DNA from: Chitinophagales bacterium
GTDB taxonomy: Bacteria > Bacteroidota > Bacteroidia > Chitinophagales > LD1
Direction of reading: 5' to 3'
Length of the DNA stretch: 64,000 bases
NCBI GenBank assembly: GCA_035299425.1
Contig: DATGWP010000239.1
Location: 1,259-65,258, forward strand
Shown here: positions 19,110-29,401 of the stretch, in pieces
How the letters are laid out: every line of letters begins with the position of its first letter
Numbering within the stretch: the stretch's first letter is position 1
Position numbers and translations under genes: made by a program
The notes under the pieces: generated by a model
What the model was told of the DNA's origin: nothing
The model's database searches: none
What the model saw: the letters and a program-made list of their open reading frames with translations, nothing else

Positions 19110-20846
19110 CTACTTAGTTAGTTTAAAATTAAACACTTCATGGTTGTTGCCTATACGTAACAGATACAATGCATTTGGCAATTGCTTTAAACTAATTGTT
19201 GTATTGGCTTCAAACAATTGCTTTTCGGCTACCAGCATACCATCTACCGAAAAAACGTATACGGTATAATCGCTTACATAGCTATTCATAGATATATAAA
19301 TCTCATCAGTGAAATGACTAGGGAGTACTCGTATAAAATCACTCTTAATGTCTTCAACTCCGGAGATTGATACATTCTCGCAGGCAGAAGTATCTACACA
19401 TCCGTCTGCAACTATGCGTACTGCAAAATTACCAGTTGCGGGTGGAGTAAATGTAACTGTACTGGCGCTGGCTACAGGTAAATAGCTACTGTCGCAGTAT
19501 AGCCATTGATAGGTAGCACCTGCTTGATTTGAAGTAAGCGTAGTTCCGGAAACAGTAACTGTGTTGTTGATAGCAGGACAAGAGCTAACAAAGCGTGCCA
19601 CTACAAAGTCGCGGTTAAAGGTAGTTGGGTTATAATAGTTGCCCGACACCAGTAGTTTATCATCGCTTTGTAGTGAAGCCGCGTACACCTCGCTGGTATA
19701 GTTGTTATTCAGGTCACTAATTACAGTACCGTAGTTGCCATATGTAGAATCCGGCAGACCATTACTGTTTAAACGCGTTATAAAAGCATTCATATTGTTT
19801 GATGGAACCCGTGTGGTGCCAGCCACCAGTATTTTACCCTCGCTATCTAACCCCAGGCCCCTAACTTCATCGTCCTGAGTACTTACCGCATATAATAGTT
19901 TGCCATTGGCAGCAAAGCTGCTATCTATTGTACCATTGGTGTTAAACCTTACAACTAATGCGTCAATGGTGCTGCTGTCGCTACCTTTACCTGCGGTGAT
20001 AATTTTACCATCTTGCTGCAGCACCATGGCATGACCGTAAAACTCATTTCCTTCAACCCATGCAATACCATCCTCACTAAAAGTACTATCTATGGAACCA
20101 TCCGGGTTTATTCTGGTTACAGATAAATAGTACGGGTTTAGCACACGCGTATATCCACAAGCCAGTATTTTCCCATCCGGCTGCACTAGCAAGTTGTATA
20201 TTTCATCAGCCGAATAGCTGAGTTCATATACCTTTCGACCATTTACGCCAAAGGTACTGTCTATAGAACCGTTAGCATTTAACCTCATAATATGCGAGTG
20301 AGTGCTGTTGGTACTAAAATCCGAGCCGCCTACCAGTATTTTACCATCGCTTTGTAAAGTTAGTGCGCGCATCAGGCCTTCAGTCCACTCAAAAGTATCA
20401 ATACCGTTACTGCCAAAACCATTATCCAGCGAGCCATCCGTATTTAGCCGGATAACACAGTAATGGCCTTCGTTATCAATGTAGTACCCTCCAGCAATTA
20501 TCTTACCGTCGGGTTGTATCGCCATGGCCATAATGTTTTCCTGCGAACCTATTCCAATTATTACCTTGCCATTTACGCCAAAATTATCATCGGTACTGCC
20601 ATCGGCGTTAAACCGTGTAATCATAATATCCGAGCTGGAGTTAATATCAGTACTTCTTCCACCCAATACTATTTTACCATCCGCTTGTACAGCCATTGCA
20701 TAGCTCTCGTCCGTGTTAGCGCTATTATCCATAATTGCTACGCCATTTATACCAAAGCCTGCATCCAGACTACCGGATTGTGCCTGCAAATGCGTTGTAA
20801 CTGATACAAAAAAAAGAGCCACTAATAATTGTAAAGTTGATTTCAT
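19110..20846 (-). CDS. T9SS type-A cargo with delta-60/beta-propeller-type repeats
   Basis: 578 aa with signal MKSTLQLLVALFFVSVTTHLQAQ. There are about 8 repeats of the G.LD..FG.NG........DGKI..GG pattern, a pre-CTD Ig-like module (YQWLYCD...) and a CTD (...ALYLLRIGNNHEVFNFKL). Confidence 0.8.
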   Translation of the reverse strand: MKSTLQLLVALFFVSVTTHLQAQSGSLDAGFGINGVAIMDNSANTDESYAMAVQADGKIVLGGRSTDINSSSDIMITRFNADGSTDDNFGVNGKVIIGIGSQENIMAMAIQPDGKIIAGGYYIDNEGHYCVIRLNTDGSLDNGFGSNGIDTFEWTEGLMRALTLQSDGKILVGGSDFSTNSTHSHIMRLNANGSIDSTFGVNGRKVYELSYSADEIYNLLVQPDGKILACGYTRVLNPYYLSVTRINPDGSIDSTFSEDGIAWVEGNEFYGHAMVLQQDGKIITAGKGSDSSTIDALVVRFNTNGTIDSSFAANGKLLYAVSTQDDEVRGLGLDSEGKILVAGTTRVPSNNMNAFITRLNSNGLPDSTYGNYGTVISDLNNNYTSEVYAASLQSDDKLLVSGNYYNPTTFNRDFVVARFVSSCPAINNTVTVSGTTLTSNQAGATYQWLYCDSSYLPVASASTVTFTPPATGNFAVRIVADGCVDTSACENVSISGVEDIKSDFIRVLPSHFTDEIYISMNSYVSDYTVYVFSVDGMLVAEKQLFEANTTISLKQLPNALYLLRIGNNHEVFNFKLTK

Positions 20847-20848
20847 GC

Positions 20849-23800
20849 TTATTGATTTATTGTTTTAAGAATACGAATGGATCTGCTGCCGTTAGAGTTT
20901 GTAACTGAAAGAATGTATATACCTGCAGCCCATGGTATCTGAATAGATAAGTTGGTTATTCCGCTATCAGCAAACTGTGCCAGTGTTTCACCCAAAGCAT
21001 TTGTAAGCTTTATGCTACAGGGCAGCAAAGCCTGAGGAATTTGCAGATATGCCAGCCCGTAATTGGGGTTCGGATATAAGGCAATAGCGGCGAACGCCAC
21101 CTCTTCTATTGCCACACCAGCTACATTTACGCATTCCGATGTGTCTAAGCAGCCATTGCTGTTGCTTACAATTACCTTGTAACTGCCATTTCCGGTTGGT
21201 AAATAGCTGGCATCAGTAGCGCCATTTATACTAGTATTATCGTCGCAGTTATACCACTGATAGCTATTTGCCGGGGCCACTGAAAGGACATTATTAGTTT
21301 GAATAACTGTAACATCCGGTAAGTTGTTTACTGTTATCTGTATATCGTTAGAGAAAACATCAGGCAGCGATACACAATCTGCATTCGATGTCATTTCGCA
21401 TTTAAACATATCGTTAGCTGCCGGTGATAGTTCAGTGTAAGTTGCAGCTGTAGCTCCGTTTATAGGTGCGTTATTCCTAAACCATTGATAAAGGGGTAAT
21501 GAACCACCATTAACAGGTATAGCTTGGAAGGCTACCGGTTGTCCATCACAAACTGATGTTGTATCTGCAACAATGGATATCGAGGCATTTACAAGCTCTG
21601 AAACATTTACTGTAGCTCCACCCGACATCACTACAGAAGAAGTTACACAGGTTTCGCTTGATGTTAATATACATATTACCGTATCAGTACTGGTGAGCAA
21701 ATTGCTGGTATAAGTATCGGAGTTGCCTCCTACGGCTATACCATTTATACTCCATTGATATGTTGGTGCGCTACCTGCATTTAGTGTTAGGGCAGTAAAG
21801 GTTACAGCTGTGCCGGAGCAAGTATTGGTTTGCGATGCATTAATACTAATAGATGGTGAAAGCACCGGATCAACAGTCATTGAAATAGTGTTCGACGTTG
21901 CATTGGCTGACGTGGGACAACTGGCATTCGAAGTCAATATACATTCAACGACATCATTGTTGGCTAAAGTAGTGGTAGTATAAGTGGCAGCATTGGTGCC
22001 AACATTATTTCCATTTAACTTCCATTGATATGCCGGGCTGTTACCGCTGTTAGTTGGTGTAGCAGTGAATGTTACACTCGTACCGGAGCATATGCTATTA
22101 CCGGTATTTGAAGATATGCTGACAGCAGGTACAACAATACTTGACACACTTAAAACAATGCTATTGCTAGTGGCAGAAGTGGGCGAAGCACAACTGGCAT
22201 TCGAAGTCAATGCACATTCAACCACATCATTGTTGGCTAAAGTATTGGTAGTATAAGTGGCAGCATTGGTGCCAACATTATTTCCATTTAACTTCCATTG
22301 AAAAATGGGGTTGGCACCGCCGTTAGTCGGCGTAGCAGTGAATGTTACACTAGTGCCGGAGCATATACTACTACCCGTATTTGCGGAAATGCCTACAACT
22401 GGTGTAACATAACTTGATACATTCATTGTTATACTATTAGAAGATACAGTGCCGGGAGAAGCACAATCGGCATTTGATGTCATCACACATGCAATAACAT
22501 CGTTGTTGGCTAAAGTATTGGTAGTATAAGTGGCAGCATTGGTGCCTACATTGGTTCCATTAATTTTCCATTGGTAAGTTGGGCTCGTGCCGCCGTTAGT
22601 CGGCGTAGCAGTGAATGTTACATTGGTGCCTGCACAAATACTATTGCCTGCATTGCTGACAATACTCACTGCCGGCACAACTGGTGGATTTACAACTACA
22701 GTAACACTGGCCGTGGCGGAACAGGTACCCTGAGATCCTGTAACGGTATAGGTTTGAGTAGAGAGAGGCGTAAATGCAATTCCGTTGCTTACCCCGTTGC
22801 TCCAGCTATATGTGCTGGCGCCTCCACCCGTTAGGGTTACGGGGTTTCCTGCGCATAGCGATTGCGATGTTGTATTAGCAGTAACTGTGGGAGGTGAACC
22901 ATAAGTAACAGAAAGTGTTCTTGGTGTACTGGCGCCACAGGTGTTCTGTGCAGTAACATATATAGTACCACCATTAGCCGACGGTGTAACTGTAATACTA
23001 TTGGTGGTTGATGTACCTGACCAACCTGCAGGTAGCACCCAATTATATGCAGTAATACCCGGCGCTGCGGCAACTGAATAGGTTTGTGGTGCGTTACTAC
23101 ATAGCGTAGTTAATCCGGAAATAGAGGATGGTATTGAAGGTGCGTTGCTACAATTAGCATAGCGCACCATAAAACCAAACATTTTATTTGTAACAATCTG
23201 GCTGGTACTGCCGTTCATATCCGGAGAAAATATGTAGGTGGGATTACTTACCCCACTGCCAAGTGTACCATATAAAAAAATCGACTCTGTTGCCTTATGA
23301 TATAATGTTCTGAAAACCCAAAGATATGAACCGGGAAATTGAGCGGTACTTTGGCGTGAGTTCCAGATTGGCGTTTCTGTAGACAAATTATATAGTTTGC
23401 AGATGCCTGAAGCAAAAAATCCACCCGAGCTCATGTTAAAGCTTGCCAGGATATTGCCATCGCTTAGTACGTTTACTTCAAATGTGTTTGCTAATCCATT
23501 CACACTATCCAGTTCATAGCTACGTGCCCACTGAAAAGTTTTATTAACATCATATTTTGCTATGAAATAACGGGAGATTGCACCGGTAGATGTAGCAGGC
23601 AGCGAAGTGCTTCCGGATTCCCAGTTTAAATCAGCCGCGGTGTAAGTGTATGTACCGGCAAAGTAAATGTTACCCGAAACATCGGTAGTTATATCTCTTA
23701 CCACCGTGTTAGAATAGGAGTATACACTGTCGGTACAAGTTCCGTTTGCCAATACATACCTGAAAATATGCCCAGACTCTGAACCAACAACGATATTCCC

Positions 23801-24556
23801 GGACGGATAATGCAATTCTAAACTGGTTACACCGGAATTATCAACATCTCTCCTACTCCATAGCAAATTACCAATGCTATCGTACTTGGCATAGAAGCCT
23901 GCATTACACGAAAAACATCCTATCGTACTTGTTCCAGGTCCTGGGTCCATATCTACCGAAGAAGAAGAAATTCTACCACCTAGATATATGTTAGATGAAC
24001 TGTCGGTTCTTATAGCGCTCAACATTCCGCTATTTGTAGTGCTGGATGGCCCCGGTAATATTTTTGCCATCAGATAGTTACCATTAGAATCGTATTTAGC
24101 AAAAAAGAAAGCACCCCCGGGCCCTGCTGTAGTAATATTAGCCGTTCCGGGCCCCAGATCAAAATCTACTGTATTAGTATAGTAGTACTTTCCACATATC
24201 AAAATATTTCCATAATGGTCAACGGTAATATCCATAAGATCAACACCTTCAATAGTTTTTAGCCATAAATAGTTTCCATTCAAATCGTACTTTGCAATAA
24301 AAGGAGTGTAGAGGTCTCCGTATATAACTATTGCTGGGTTATTATGATCCGGGCTGATAGAATCTTCAAAGTTTCCTAATACAAATAGATTTCCTCCATC
24401 ATCCAAAGCAACTTTATTAAGCCATACGTTATCAGAATAACCTGATGTACTATTCCATGGCGGTATTAATGCTTTAGCCCATGCAATTTGGGGGTATTGT
24501 GCACTTAATAAAAAACAAGAAAAGAAAAATATAGTTGCAGCAATTAGCTTTTTCAT
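20849..24556 (-). CDS. giant T9SS type-A cargo: N-terminal propeller-like region, PKD-like module and five 91-aa Ig-like repeats
   Basis: The start is moved to ATG 24556 (MKKLIAATIFFFSCFLLSAQ). The N-half has repeated GN.Y..G motifs. The repeats follow IC.GT.VTFTATPTNGG..P.YQWK.NG.NVG...TYT...LANNDV..C.LTSNA.CASP. The CTD is LYPNPNYGLAYL...GIYILSV. The stop lies 2 nt before the 19110 gene start. Confidence 0.85.
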   Translation of the reverse strand: MKKLIAATIFFFSCFLLSAQYPQIAWAKALIPPWNSTSGYSDNVWLNKVALDDGGNLFVLGNFEDSISPDHNNPAIVIYGDLYTPFIAKYDLNGNYLWLKTIEGVDLMDITVDHYGNILICGKYYYTNTVDFDLGPGTANITTAGPGGAFFFAKYDSNGNYLMAKILPGPSSTTNSGMLSAIRTDSSSNIYLGGRISSSSVDMDPGPGTSTIGCFSCNAGFYAKYDSIGNLLWSRRDVDNSGVTSLELHYPSGNIVVGSESGHIFRYVLANGTCTDSVYSYSNTVVRDITTDVSGNIYFAGTYTYTAADLNWESGSTSLPATSTGAISRYFIAKYDVNKTFQWARSYELDSVNGLANTFEVNVLSDGNILASFNMSSGGFFASGICKLYNLSTETPIWNSRQSTAQFPGSYLWVFRTLYHKATESIFLYGTLGSGVSNPTYIFSPDMNGSTSQIVTNKMFGFMVRYANCSNAPSIPSSISGLTTLCSNAPQTYSVAAAPGITAYNWVLPAGWSGTSTTNSITVTPSANGGTIYVTAQNTCGASTPRTLSVTYGSPPTVTANTTSQSLCAGNPVTLTGGGASTYSWSNGVSNGIAFTPLSTQTYTVTGSQGTCSATASVTVVVNPPVVPAVSIVSNAGNSICAGTNVTFTATPTNGGTSPTYQWKINGTNVGTNAATYTTNTLANNDVIACVMTSNADCASPGTVSSNSITMNVSSYVTPVVGISANTGSSICSGTSVTFTATPTNGGANPIFQWKLNGNNVGTNAATYTTNTLANNDVVECALTSNASCASPTSATSNSIVLSVSSIVVPAVSISSNTGNSICSGTSVTFTATPTNSGNSPAYQWKLNGNNVGTNAATYTTTTLANNDVVECILTSNASCPTSANATSNTISMTVDPVLSPSISINASQTNTCSGTAVTFTALTLNAGSAPTYQWSINGIAVGGNSDTYTSNLLTSTDTVICILTSSETCVTSSVVMSGGATVNVSELVNASISIVADTTSVCDGQPVAFQAIPVNGGSLPLYQWFRNNAPINGATAATYTELSPAANDMFKCEMTSNADCVSLPDVFSNDIQITVNNLPDVTVIQTNNVLSVAPANSYQWYNCDDNTSINGATDASYLPTGNGSYKVIVSNSNGCLDTSECVNVAGVAIEEVAFAAIALYPNPNYGLAYLQIPQALLPCSIKLTNALGETLAQFADSGITNLSIQIPWAAGIYILSVTNSNGSRSIRILKTINQ
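21320..22690 (-). repeat. intragenic tandem repeat, 273-nt period x5
   Basis: The anchor GGCTAAAGT recurs at 21962, 22235 and 22508, exactly 273 nt apart. The following 38 nt are identical between 21962 and 22235 apart from one C/T mismatch and, after the first 11 nt, identical across all three copies. The outer two copies are more diverged. Confidence 0.85.
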
Positions 24557-24595
24557 ATCGTTAAGCTTTGATGAATTCAATAAATCATGGCTATT

Positions 24596-27500
24596 CTATT
24601 CCTTCACCAGGCGCTTTACCCAAACATATCCACCAGTAGTTATGCGCAACACATAAGCACCTTGCTTGGCTTGCATTACATCCAATTGATATGGAACAGT
24701 GGTAAGCGTATTTTGCACTACTAACCTGCCTGTTACATCATATAGCTCAACTACACCTTGCTGGCTAACATTATCCAACAGGTTTATAGTAATGTAGTGT
24801 TGAAACGGATTAGGCATCACCTGTATCCCTGCGCCCACCGCTTCTATTATTCCAACTCCGGTAACATTTACACATTGCGAAGTATCAATACAGCCGGCAC
24901 TGTTACTAACCCTAACTGCGTAATTACCATTGGCCGTGGCAGTATATGTAGCTGAATTAGCACCGCTTATGTCTGCTGAGGAGGTACAATCAAACCACTG
25001 GTATGTTGCTGCTGTGGGAACCGTTAAAGTATTGGCAGATTGCGAAACGGTAACATCAGGCAATACATTTACTGTCAATTGCAACTCATTCGACAGTACA
25101 GTGGGTTGCTGCACACAACTGGCATTTGAAATCATTTCGCACTTAAACATGTCATTATTGGCCGGTGAAATCTCGGTGTATGTTGGCAAAGTTGCTCCGC
25201 TGATAGTTGAACCGTTTTTCAACCATTGATAAACAGGAGCAGCACCTCCATTGGCAGGTGTGGCAGCAAACACAACCTGCTGACCATCGCAAAGATTTGT
25301 TGATGCTGTAGCAATTGTAACTGATGCTGTAACAGTGGAGTTTTCAGTTAGTGCTATGCCTGCAGAGGTTGCCCCTGAAACTGCTGCGCAGGTGGCATTA
25401 CTTGAAATTGCGCAACTTACCTCATCTCCATCTACCAACGAAGTTGAAGTATAGGTGCTATTGGTTTCACCAGTAATATTGTTACCATTTAATTTCCATT
25501 GATAACCAGGTGAAGTACCGCCATGTGCTACTGTAGCGGTGAACACAACACTTGCACCGCTGCATATTACAGTTTGTGATGCGGATATGGATACCGACGG
25601 AGTAACCAAAGGATTAATAGTTAGTGCAGCCGGCGCAGACTCCACAACCGAAGGAACTGCACATGCATCGGAACTGGTTAGTTGTAATGTTACCTCATCT
25701 CCAATTGCAAGTGTGGCACTTGAAAAAGCGGCACCTACCTCTCCTGAGACATCCACACTATTAACTTTCCATTGGTAGGTAGGTGCACTTCCTTCACCCG
25801 AAACTGTTGACGTAAAGTTTACATTGCCATTCTCACAAATACTGTTGGAGGACGGTGTGATGGAAACAGTGGGCGTAAAAGTTGGTTTTATGTAAACGCT
25901 TTTGCTATTTGAAACAGCCGTAGTAGGTGAAGCGCATCCCACACTGCTAGTCAATACACAGGTAAATACATCTGAGCTCAGTACAGTTGAAGTTGTGTAC
26001 GAAGAACTTGTTGCTGCATTTATATCAGTCCCGTTTTTCTTCCATTGATAAGAAGGTGTAGTTCCGCCGTTGGTTCCCGCGGCTGTAAAAGTCACGCTCT
26101 CACCGGGGCATACTGAATCTGCTGATGTTGTAACAATAACTGAGGGTGTTACAGTACTACTCACTGCAATTGTAACTGTATTAGAAGTTGCATTGCCAGA
26201 GCTTATACAGCTTGCGCTTGATGTTAACTCGCAACTAATCTGATCGTTGTCGTTAAGCGATGAACTACTGTAAGTAGCGTTGGTAGCACCACCAATATTG
26301 GTTCCATTCAATTTCCATTGGTATGCTGGTGCATTACCACCATTAGCAGGCACTGCTGTAAATGTTACAGAATTACCACTGCAGATGGTTGTTTGGGTAG
26401 CACTAATACTTATTGAAGGTGCTACGGGACTGGCAACAGTCATAGTAACACTATTTGATGCAGCAGTTACCGGTGATGCACAGGCAGCGTTAGATGTTAA
26501 CACACAACTCACCACATCATTATTGGCCAATGTGCTACTGGTGTATGTGTTGGAACCGGCTCCTTCGTTGTTCCCATTAACTTTCCATTGATAAACAGGC
26601 GCTGCTCCACCATTAGTTGGCGAGGCAGTAAAAGTTACACTGGTACCAGAACAAATACTACTATTGGTTGTACTTATAGATACACCGGGAGTAACATTTG
26701 GAGTTAATGTTACAGTTACATTATTGGATGTTGCAGTTGTAGGGTTGGCACAACCGGAGTTAGAAGTTAATACGCAGCTTATAACATCACCGTTGGCAAG
26801 TGTTGAACTGCTATAAGTAGAAGATGTAGCTCCTGTTATGTTACTGCCGTTGTTTTTCCACTGATAGGCAGGGGCGTTTCCGCCATTGGTAATAGATGAG
26901 GTAAATGTTGCCTGCGCTCCTGCACATAGCGGATTAGTAGCGGCATTAATAGCAATTGTAGGTGTTACCGTGCCGCTTACCGTTACAGGTAAAGATGAAG
27001 CCTGCGAAGTGCCGCACGAGTTTACAGCAACCACTGTTACATTACCAGCGCTACTAGAGGTAGTTACATTTATACTGGTAGTAGTGGAACTACCCGTCCA
27101 GCCGCTTGGCAGGGTCCAGGTGTAAGAGGTGGCGCTAGCTATTCCGGGTACCGAGTAAGTTTGTGCCGATCCGCTGCAAACCTGTGTAGCGCCGGTAATA
27201 CTGCCTGGCCCATTAAGCGGAGCAGTAATTACGCTAACTGCTAAAGTTTGGGCTGCCGAACTACATGAACCATTGTTGGCCTTAACACTGATAGTACCAC
27301 CTACCGTACCGGCAGTTACAGTAATACTATTTGTTGTTGAAGTGCCCGTCCAGCCGGAAGGGATGGTCCAGGTATACGATGTAGCACCAGGTACGGTTGC
27401 CACAGAAAAAGTATTAGAAGTGTTATAGCATACTGTAGTGTTACCGGTAATAGCCCCGGGCTGTGCTGGTGTTTGATTAGTTGTTACAGCTAGTGTACGG

Positions 27501-29119
27501 GGTGCAGATGAACCACAAGTATTAACTGCAGACACCGCTATATTTCCGCTACTGCTACCAGAAGTAACTCCTATTGCATTTGAGGTTGAAGTTCCACTCC
27601 AACCAGATGGTAATGTCCAGGTGTATGAGGTAGCACCTGCCACAGCAGTAATACCGTACGTAAGTGAATTGCCATTACAAACAGACGTAAGTCCGGTAAT
27701 TGTGCCCGGCTGTGCTGGTATGCTACTTACTGTTAGGTTTCTTGTTTGTGGAGTAGAACTACAGGAGCCATTATTGGCCGTAACAGTTATCGTGCCACCG
27801 CTATTACCTGCAGTTACAGCTATAGAGTTAATAGTAGAACTACCGGTCCAGCCAACAGGTAAGGTCCATGTATACGAAGTAGCACCAGACACTGATGATA
27901 TGCTATAGGTTTGCGAGCTACCTGTACAAGGCGAAGCATTTCCGGTAATAATGCCAGGCTGAGCAGGAACAGCATTTGTTGTAACGTTGATCGTTCTTGC
28001 TGCTGAGCTGCAACCTCCGATATTCGCCCGCACACTAATAGTACCACTGGTATTTCCCACCGTTGTAGTGATTGAATTGGTAGTAGATGTGCCGGTCCAG
28101 CCGGTTGGCAAAGTCCATGTATAAGATGTTGCGCCCGAAACAGCCGATACACTATAGGTCTGGCTGGCACCAATACAGCCCGTTGCACTTCCGGTAATAT
28201 TGCCTGGCTGTGCGGGAGGGTTACAATAAACCAATATAGTTCCGCTGTTTCCCGCAATCCAACCAGAAGTAGCTGAAACCATGTATACAGCATTCAGTGC
28301 CTGGGTTGTTCCAGATGCCTCAGATGTCCAGGTGGCACCACCATTGGTTGTTTTCAATATTATACCATTGTCACCTACAGCCCAGCCTTGCGTTGCTGAA
28401 ACAAAATATACGCTTCGTAACGTTTGCGTGGTGCCCGATGTTTGAGCAGACCACGTTGTTCCACCGTTAGAAGTGGCTCTGATTGTACCGCTTGCACCTA
28501 CAGCCCAGCCCTGAGTATCGTTTGCAAAGTATACACCAAACAAATCCTGAGTAGTACCGGTAGTAAGCGATGTCCAGTTGGTGCCCGAATTAGTGGTTTT
28601 TAGAATTTTTCCACCTGCTCCGGCTACCCAACCCAGGTTCACATTTCTAAAGTAAACTGCTCTAAGGTCGTTTTGTGTTCCCGAAGATTGGCCAATCCAG
28701 CCGCTTCCGGTAGTTCTTCTGATAGTTCCTGCAGCTCCAACTATCCAACCGGTTGAAGAGGACACCATCTGTATATCATATAAATTGCTTGTGGTATTAG
28801 AAACAGCCGAAGACCATGTAGTGCCATTTGAAGTCATTATCCCCCCTCCGCTTCCGCAAATCCAGCCTTGCGAAGTTGAAACAAAACTACTACCATACCA
28901 GGTTAATGTTGCTGCAGATTGTGTAGACCACGATTGTCCGGCCGAGTTAGTGGCTCTGGCGGTTCCGGAAGCACCTACAGCCCAACCAACTGTAGAAGAT
29001 GGAAAACTAAGTGAAAACAAATTCTGTGTGGTGCCTGATGTTTGTACGTTCCAGGTTTGTGCATTTGCGCCGTTTAAAACAAAACTGGCAATAAGTAATA
29101 AAGCATAAAGTTTGTTCAT
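24596..29119 (-). CDS. giant T9SS type-A cargo: BNR/Ycf48-like propeller, six PKD-like modules and about nine Ig-like repeats
   Basis: 1507 aa with signal MNKLYALLLIASFVLNGANAQ. Asp-box-like TTNSGTNWTS, TSNGGTTWSA and TTNGGATWTS are present. The PKD-like modules repeat ...PAQPG.ITG....C.G..QTYS...V.GATSYTWTLP.GW.G.ST.NSI. The Ig-like repeats are paralogous to those of the downstream gene. The CTD is VMPNPFQHYITI...GAYVLRI. Confidence 0.85.
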   Translation of the reverse strand: MNKLYALLLIASFVLNGANAQTWNVQTSGTTQNLFSLSFPSSTVGWAVGASGTARATNSAGQSWSTQSAATLTWYGSSFVSTSQGWICGSGGGIMTSNGTTWSSAVSNTTSNLYDIQMVSSSTGWIVGAAGTIRRTTGSGWIGQSSGTQNDLRAVYFRNVNLGWVAGAGGKILKTTNSGTNWTSLTTGTTQDLFGVYFANDTQGWAVGASGTIRATSNGGTTWSAQTSGTTQTLRSVYFVSATQGWAVGDNGIILKTTNGGATWTSEASGTTQALNAVYMVSATSGWIAGNSGTILVYCNPPAQPGNITGSATGCIGASQTYSVSAVSGATSYTWTLPTGWTGTSTTNSITTTVGNTSGTISVRANIGGCSSAARTINVTTNAVPAQPGIITGNASPCTGSSQTYSISSVSGATSYTWTLPVGWTGSSTINSIAVTAGNSGGTITVTANNGSCSSTPQTRNLTVSSIPAQPGTITGLTSVCNGNSLTYGITAVAGATSYTWTLPSGWSGTSTSNAIGVTSGSSSGNIAVSAVNTCGSSAPRTLAVTTNQTPAQPGAITGNTTVCYNTSNTFSVATVPGATSYTWTIPSGWTGTSTTNSITVTAGTVGGTISVKANNGSCSSAAQTLAVSVITAPLNGPGSITGATQVCSGSAQTYSVPGIASATSYTWTLPSGWTGSSTTTSINVTTSSSAGNVTVVAVNSCGTSQASSLPVTVSGTVTPTIAINAATNPLCAGAQATFTSSITNGGNAPAYQWKNNGSNITGATSSTYSSSTLANGDVISCVLTSNSGCANPTTATSNNVTVTLTPNVTPGVSISTTNSSICSGTSVTFTASPTNGGAAPVYQWKVNGNNEGAGSNTYTSSTLANNDVVSCVLTSNAACASPVTAASNSVTMTVASPVAPSISISATQTTICSGNSVTFTAVPANGGNAPAYQWKLNGTNIGGATNATYSSSSLNDNDQISCELTSSASCISSGNATSNTVTIAVSSTVTPSVIVTTSADSVCPGESVTFTAAGTNGGTTPSYQWKKNGTDINAATSSSYTTSTVLSSDVFTCVLTSSVGCASPTTAVSNSKSVYIKPTFTPTVSITPSSNSICENGNVNFTSTVSGEGSAPTYQWKVNSVDVSGEVGAAFSSATLAIGDEVTLQLTSSDACAVPSVVESAPAALTINPLVTPSVSISASQTVICSGASVVFTATVAHGGTSPGYQWKLNGNNITGETNSTYTSTSLVDGDEVSCAISSNATCAAVSGATSAGIALTENSTVTASVTIATASTNLCDGQQVVFAATPANGGAAPVYQWLKNGSTISGATLPTYTEISPANNDMFKCEMISNASCVQQPTVLSNELQLTVNVLPDVTVSQSANTLTVPTAATYQWFDCTSSADISGANSATYTATANGNYAVRVSNSAGCIDTSQCVNVTGVGIIEAVGAGIQVMPNPFQHYITINLLDNVSQQGVVELYDVTGRLVVQNTLTTVPYQLDVMQAKQGAYVLRITTGGYVWVKRLVKE
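25160..27020 (-). repeat. intragenic array of about 9 diverged repeats of roughly 280 nt each (Ig-like modules)
   Basis: The protein-level period is roughly 92-95 aa with the recurring motif P.YQWK.NG..I.GAT...Y.S..L..GD...C.LTS...C. The coordinates are approximate. Confidence 0.6.
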
Positions 29120-29327
29120 GGTACCTTTTGTTTTGTGCCACGAACTAAGGCTTTGTTAACCCGTATATTTGGGGGAATCGACTCATTTTTTAGGCATTAC
29201 AAACTTCATATAACCACATTTTGTAAAACCTATTATATACAATTAACTTATCCATTTATTGCTACACTATTTTTCTTTATTTATAGATATAATGCTAAGA
29301 TTAGTATACTGGATGTGATTATTAGTT

Positions 29328-29335
29328 TAATTTTG
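29328..29335 (+). promoter_or_regulatory. candidate Bacteroidota -7 promoter box (TAATTTTG) for the 29402 gene
   Basis: Exact match to the TAnnTTTG consensus, 67 nt upstream of the ATG. It is part of a 15-nt direct repeat ATTTTGTAAAACCTA (29218-29232 and 29330-29344). Confidence 0.3.
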
Positions 29336-29401
29336 TAAAACCTAATTTATAGAGAACAACAACTATGTTTCTCAGATAGGTTGGCAGATACTTGCAGTTA
29401 T

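Noticed and set aside
19110-29119. A diversity-generating retroelement or invertible-promoter (shufflon-type) control of the adhesin operon.
   Set aside because: I could find no reverse transcriptase, no template/variable repeat pair with A-specific differences, no invertase, and no inverted repeats flanking the 29120-29401 promoter region. Only a 15-nt direct repeat is present there.
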